The notes beneath the pieces were generated by a model. That model was not told the origin of the DNA. It saw only the letters and a list, made by a program, of their open reading frames with translations, and did no database searches. Positions 35,048 through 37,931 of a stretch of 37,931 nucleotides of DNA are shown here, one piece after another (within the stretch, counting starts at the first letter, position 1; every line of letters begins with the position of its first letter). This stretch comes from a virus, in IMG/VR virus record IMGVR_UViG_3300045988_115844. One strand, 5' to 3'. The position numbers and the translations under genes were made by a program.

Positions 35048-35689
35048 ATGGAAAACAAGTATTACCACATCTTAGACAAGATATTGCGCTGTGGAAAGAA
35101 ACAGAGCAATAAAAAGGGCGACATTATTTACCTGCTTAATGAGCAGCTCTGTTTGTCGCCTTCTGACCTCTTGAACATCTTTGAGGGTCATAACATAGCA
35201 CGCAAGAAGTTGCGCAGTGAATTGAGCCTGTTTATGCAGGGAGAAAGAGACCTGAGCAAGTACAGAGAAGCCGGGATAAATTGGTGGGATTATTGCGGGC
35301 AAATTCTCATTAACAGTTATCCGACTTACTTTGAGAAGTTGCCGGCTTTAATCGCCCAAATCAACAGGGAGAAGCGCAACAGCAAAAATTATGTGCTGTT
35401 CTTGGGTTCGACAGGTGCTGAAACCAATCAAGCACCTTGTTTAAGCCTTATTCAGTTCCAGATTGAAGACGGTGAATTGGTTTTGTCAGCCTACCAAAGA
35501 AGCAGCGATGCAAACTTAGGTTTGCCTGCTGACATTTACCATTTGTATTTGATAACACGACAAATTGAACTGCCTTTGAAGTCAATAACGCTGAACCTTG
35601 GGAATGTTCACATCTACGCAAACAACGCAGACAAGACGCGCGAACTTCTGGCAGGAAATGAAGTGGTAAAGTTTGAATTGAACGTGTAA
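35048..35689 (+). CDS. Thymidylate synthase superfamily enzyme, predicted cytosine-specific (dCMP methylase/hydroxymethylase-like)
   Basis: APCLSLIQFQIEDGELVLSAYQRSSDANLGLPADIY aligns to ThyA PCH..QF..DGKLS..YQRS.D..LGLPFNI. Catalytic Cys at 35438-35440. Asp at 35531-35533 sits where ThyA has Asn177. Confidence 0.65.
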   Translation: MENKYYHILDKILRCGKKQSNKKGDIIYLLNEQLCLSPSDLLNIFEGHNIARKKLRSELSLFMQGERDLSKYREAGINWWDYCGQILINSYPTYFEKLPALIAQINREKRNSKNYVLFLGSTGAETNQAPCLSLIQFQIEDGELVLSAYQRSSDANLGLPADIYHLYLITRQIELPLKSITLNLGNVHIYANNADKTRELLAGNEVVKFELNV

Positions 35690-35711
35690 ACAGACGCAAG
35701 AGAAAAAGAAA

Positions 35712-35762
35712 CAACGCTGATTAAAGACCTGAAAAAAGTGGCTTTTAATCAGCGTTTATTTT
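35712..35762 (+). terminator. Intrinsic terminator
   Basis: 13-bp stem AACGCTGATTAAA/TTTAATCAGCGTT followed by TATTTTAT. Confidence 0.7.
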
Positions 35763-35775
35763 ATGTTCAGTTTTC

Positions 35776-35833
35776 CAATTCTTTCCAATCTTCTAAACAT
35801 TGGAAAGAATTGCTGTGAATTGCGGAGAATTGC
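35776..35833. repeat. Right-end protein-binding array
   Basis: A perfect inverted repeat CAATTCTTTCCAAT-N9-ATTGGAAAGAATTG, then GAATTGC three times at exactly 10-bp spacing (35807, 35817, 35827). Confidence 0.6.
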
Positions 35834-35850
35834 AGAGCGAAAAAAGAGAA

Positions 35851-35902
35851 GTTTTGCTCGTTTCGTTTTCAGATTTTGCACATTTCGTTTTTGCGATTAT
35901 AG
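35851..35902. repeat. Putative right terminal transposase-binding region
   Basis: TTTCGTTTT at 35861 and 35883. TTTTGC at 35852, 35874 and 35889. Ends at the inferred junction. Confidence 0.4.
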
Positions 35903-36157
35903 TTGTTGACCGTCGACAACAAAATAAGTATCTACATTTTTCGGATGACTTACCACTGCAATGGGCTGAAGACAATAGTACGGTTCACGGCCTTCATTAT
36001 TACGGTTTTTTTTTGACTTCATAGATTTTACAAAATCCAGCAGATCATCGAGAAGTTCCTCTATCTGACGTGATTCCCAACGATATCCACGTTGATACGG
36101 CGGTATAATGAAATGCATTTTTAGCAATTCATGAAACGGTTTTGGTACAAGAGACAT
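35903..36157 (-). pseudogene. DUF262 (GmrSD/ParB-like N-terminal domain) gene truncated after DGQQ by the phage insertion
   Basis: IIPPYQRGYRWESRQIEELLDDL...VVDGQQ, then L-stop read from the phage end. Full-length family members are several hundred aa. Confidence 0.6.
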
Positions 36158-36212
36158 ATAATATAGTTTTTGATAGTTGATTATTTTATCTTATGTCGAA
36201 TTTATTTATATA

Positions 36213-37487
36213 TTAAGACTTAGGATTATATAATCCTATTTGTCGTTCAAAAATTGTATAGAACACATTTTGTTCAGTTTTTATTATCCCTAATCGGTTT
36301 GACAATGACTGCCAATACTTAACTGTATTCAGTACTTCACTAATGATTTGCCGAGCAATATGCTTCTGTAACATATATTCCTCACAAGAATTCAGCAATT
36401 CATTCAAATCCGATTTATTGGTATAGCTGTTAATTAACAGACTCTGATACTCATTTAGCGTTGGATTAATATCGTAAGCCGGAGCCAAAGTCCATCCCTT
36501 AGCTGTCAGAAGGAAACCGTGATTACGGAAATGGTCATCCGTATTACCAATGCAAATATTGAATGCAACTCTGCGATACAGTTCTTGCAGATTATCCTCT
36601 ACGTTAGTACAATTCTGAAGTATGAAATCGACAATATCCAGATAGCCATGGCCGGTATTAGCATTGTCACCATCATTCAAGCCCAATAGAGTCATGGCTG
36701 AAGCAAAATGTATGCGCTTACCGTCTTCCCTTCTATCAAATCGTCGGGAAAGCAAAGTATGGTATTTGTCGCTAGTAGAGATTACTTTTGTTTCTGCAGC
36801 ATTGACACCAGCCTTCTTTGCCAACAGATGTGAGAAATGTTCCCAAAGTCCAACATCATAATCATCTTTGCGGGATGGAAGCTTTGCTATATGCAGGATC
36901 TTGTTCTCATCAATTACGCTTGCCTTTGGACGCGCTCCGCCAAGGGATGAACCAGGTTGGACCAGTTGAGCAATCCAGCGCATTTCAGGCAACCTGTTCT
37001 CATCTTCACTTTTCTCTATTTCGGAACTAGCTGCAATCAACTCACGAATATCTGTCAGTGGTGGTATGCGCAGGATTTCGCTTGCATTGATATAATCTCC
37101 ATTTATAGACTCCTTGAATCGAAAAGCCCCCATGCGAGAAAAGTCCTCAATCCCGATAAGATAGTCGAATGAAGAAAGCCGACGCATTGGACGATTCTCT
37201 TCCTTTGCTAGAATCTGCTCCCGACGATTTATCAATGTACGTCCCCACCTGTCTGGAAGGGCATCAGAAAAACATCCGAAAATATCCTTGCCGGGAGCCG
37301 TGTATTGCTGACCAGGATAGTTGTTCAAGTCATCACTAAGAAACAGACCTCCATAGTCCTTGAGCCATTCATCATTATAGCAAAATCCATAGCTGTCAGA
37401 GCCACGAAGGGATTCGTAATTCAGCTCACCAATTAGCCTTGGTCCTTTCAGCCAATCAAAATCAGCAAATACATAGAGTTTTTTCAT
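36213..37487 (-). CDS. hipA: HipA-family Ser/Thr kinase toxin
   Basis: SSLGGARPKASV and NTDDHFRNHGFLL motifs. 424 aa. Confidence 0.85.
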   Translation of the reverse strand: MKKLYVFADFDWLKGPRLIGELNYESLRGSDSYGFCYNDEWLKDYGGLFLSDDLNNYPGQQYTAPGKDIFGCFSDALPDRWGRTLINRREQILAKEENRPMRRLSSFDYLIGIEDFSRMGAFRFKESINGDYINASEILRIPPLTDIRELIAASSEIEKSEDENRLPEMRWIAQLVQPGSSLGGARPKASVIDENKILHIAKLPSRKDDYDVGLWEHFSHLLAKKAGVNAAETKVISTSDKYHTLLSRRFDRREDGKRIHFASAMTLLGLNDGDNANTGHGYLDIVDFILQNCTNVEDNLQELYRRVAFNICIGNTDDHFRNHGFLLTAKGWTLAPAYDINPTLNEYQSLLINSYTNKSDLNELLNSCEEYMLQKHIARQIISEVLNTVKYWQSLSNRLGIIKTEQNVFYTIFERQIGLYNPKS

Positions 37488-37490
37488 ACC

Positions 37491-37811
37491 TTATTCTTTT
37501 TTGGATGCCCTTTCCCGCTGTTTAAGACTTAAATCCTGTAATGCTTTTCCCATTGCATCTTCTTTTGCAAGCAGAAGAATATCATCATCTAGTTGAAGCG
37601 CATAAAGCACCCTGAGATAAATACCTATTGCCACTGTCGGTACACCTTTCTCTATACGTGAAACCGTAAGAGGTGAACAGGTGGCACGTTCGGCGACTTG
37701 GGCAATGCTGAGATTTCTGCGTAATCTGGCCAGCCTAATCTGTTCTCCTACTATCTGCATCTTCTGCTCCAGCTTTCTTGGCAACTTGGTACCTATCGTA
37801 CTTTTCGTCAT
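37491..37811 (-). CDS. hipB: XRE-family HTH antitoxin (HipB-like)
   Basis: RLRRNLSIAQVAERATCSPLTVSRIEKG. Lies 3 nt upstream of hipA. Confidence 0.8.
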   Translation of the reverse strand: MTKSTIGTKLPRKLEQKMQIVGEQIRLARLRRNLSIAQVAERATCSPLTVSRIEKGVPTVAIGIYLRVLYALQLDDDILLLAKEDAMGKALQDLSLKQRERASKKE

Positions 37812-37883
37812 AGCTCAACATATCATATAATATGCAAATATAGCAGTTTTACTTTATTTTATGATGTGTTACAGAGATAATTT

Positions 37884-37931
37884 AGATCGGAAGAGCGTCG
37901 TGTAGGGAAAGAGTGTAGATCTCGGTGGTCG
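37884..37931. other. Illumina adapter read-through (AGATCGGAAGAGCGTCGTGTAGGGAAAGAGTGT...)
   Basis: Exact reverse complement of 1-48. Confidence 0.95.

Larger units (their letters stand above)
79..35902. mobile_element. Mu-like transposable phage genome (myovirus-type structural genes, DGR-bearing)
   Basis: MuA-like and MuB-like gene pair at the left end, with GemA-like, Mu gp27/28/29/F/G/gp36-like genes. Boundaries are inferred from the split DUF262 gene. Termini are CTCTAAAATC... on the left and ...GATTATAG on the right (reverse complement CTATAATC), a weak imperfect inverted repeat. Confidence 0.6.

Noticed and set aside
35807-35833. The short tandem GAATTGC repeats as a mini CRISPR array.
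   Set aside because: The repeats are 7 bp with 3-bp spacers. That is a protein-binding array, not a CRISPR array, and no CRISPR array was seen anywhere in the window.
35909-35913. ACCG shared by 75-78 and 35910-35913 as a target-site duplication.
   Set aside because: Using it would shift the junction and produce VVDG-stop in the reconstructed host gene. That destroys the DGQQR motif which the seamless join restores.
35800-36024. A 74-aa + strand ORF.
   Set aside because: It spans the repeat array and the phage-host junction and runs antisense to the DUF262 fragment, so it is spurious.

Overview
The window is an adapter-flanked contig: Illumina universal adapter at 1-48 and its exact reverse complement at 37884-37931. 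It carries a ~35.8 kb Mu-like transposable phage with a contractile tail and Bacteroides-type promoters, at about 79-35902. From memory it resembles the published Hankyphage class; I cannot verify that here. The phage sits between 30 bp of apparent host DNA on the left and ~2 kb on the right, and the two flanks look like halves of one interrupted DUF262 gene. That layout matches Mu-type headful-packaged virion DNA. Phage layout: left-end operators and promoter, then an early operon on the + strand (262-6927) with an HTH protein, a MuA-like DDE transposase, a MuB-like ATPase and a GemA-like protein. A late block on the - strand (6980-17875) holds the terminase, portal, a MuF fusion, baseplate hub and spike, and two fibre-like paralogs. 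A divergent late block on the + strand (18226-33333) holds the prohead protease-scaffold, capsid, lysis genes, sheath, tube, frameshifted chaperone, tape measure, a diversity-generating retroelement (DGR), and baseplate and fibre genes. A right-end accessory module (33340-35900) holds two candidate antisense ncRNAs, a Dam-like methyltransferase, a Mor/C-like regulator and a divergent thymidylate-synthase-family enzyme. The right host flank carries a truncated DUF262 gene and hipBA. Points most worth a second look: (1) the DGR, for which I find a DGR-type reverse transcriptase (RT) and a clear variable region (VR) but no template repeat (TR) anywhere in the window; (2) the ThyA-like enzyme, which has Asp in place of the uracil-specifying Asn; (3) the promoter-to-terminator ncRNA candidates flanking the methyltransferase; (4) the host-phage junctions, which show no 5-bp target duplication; (5) a degenerate initiator-tRNA-like gene. 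All functional calls rest on motifs read by eye; no searches were run.
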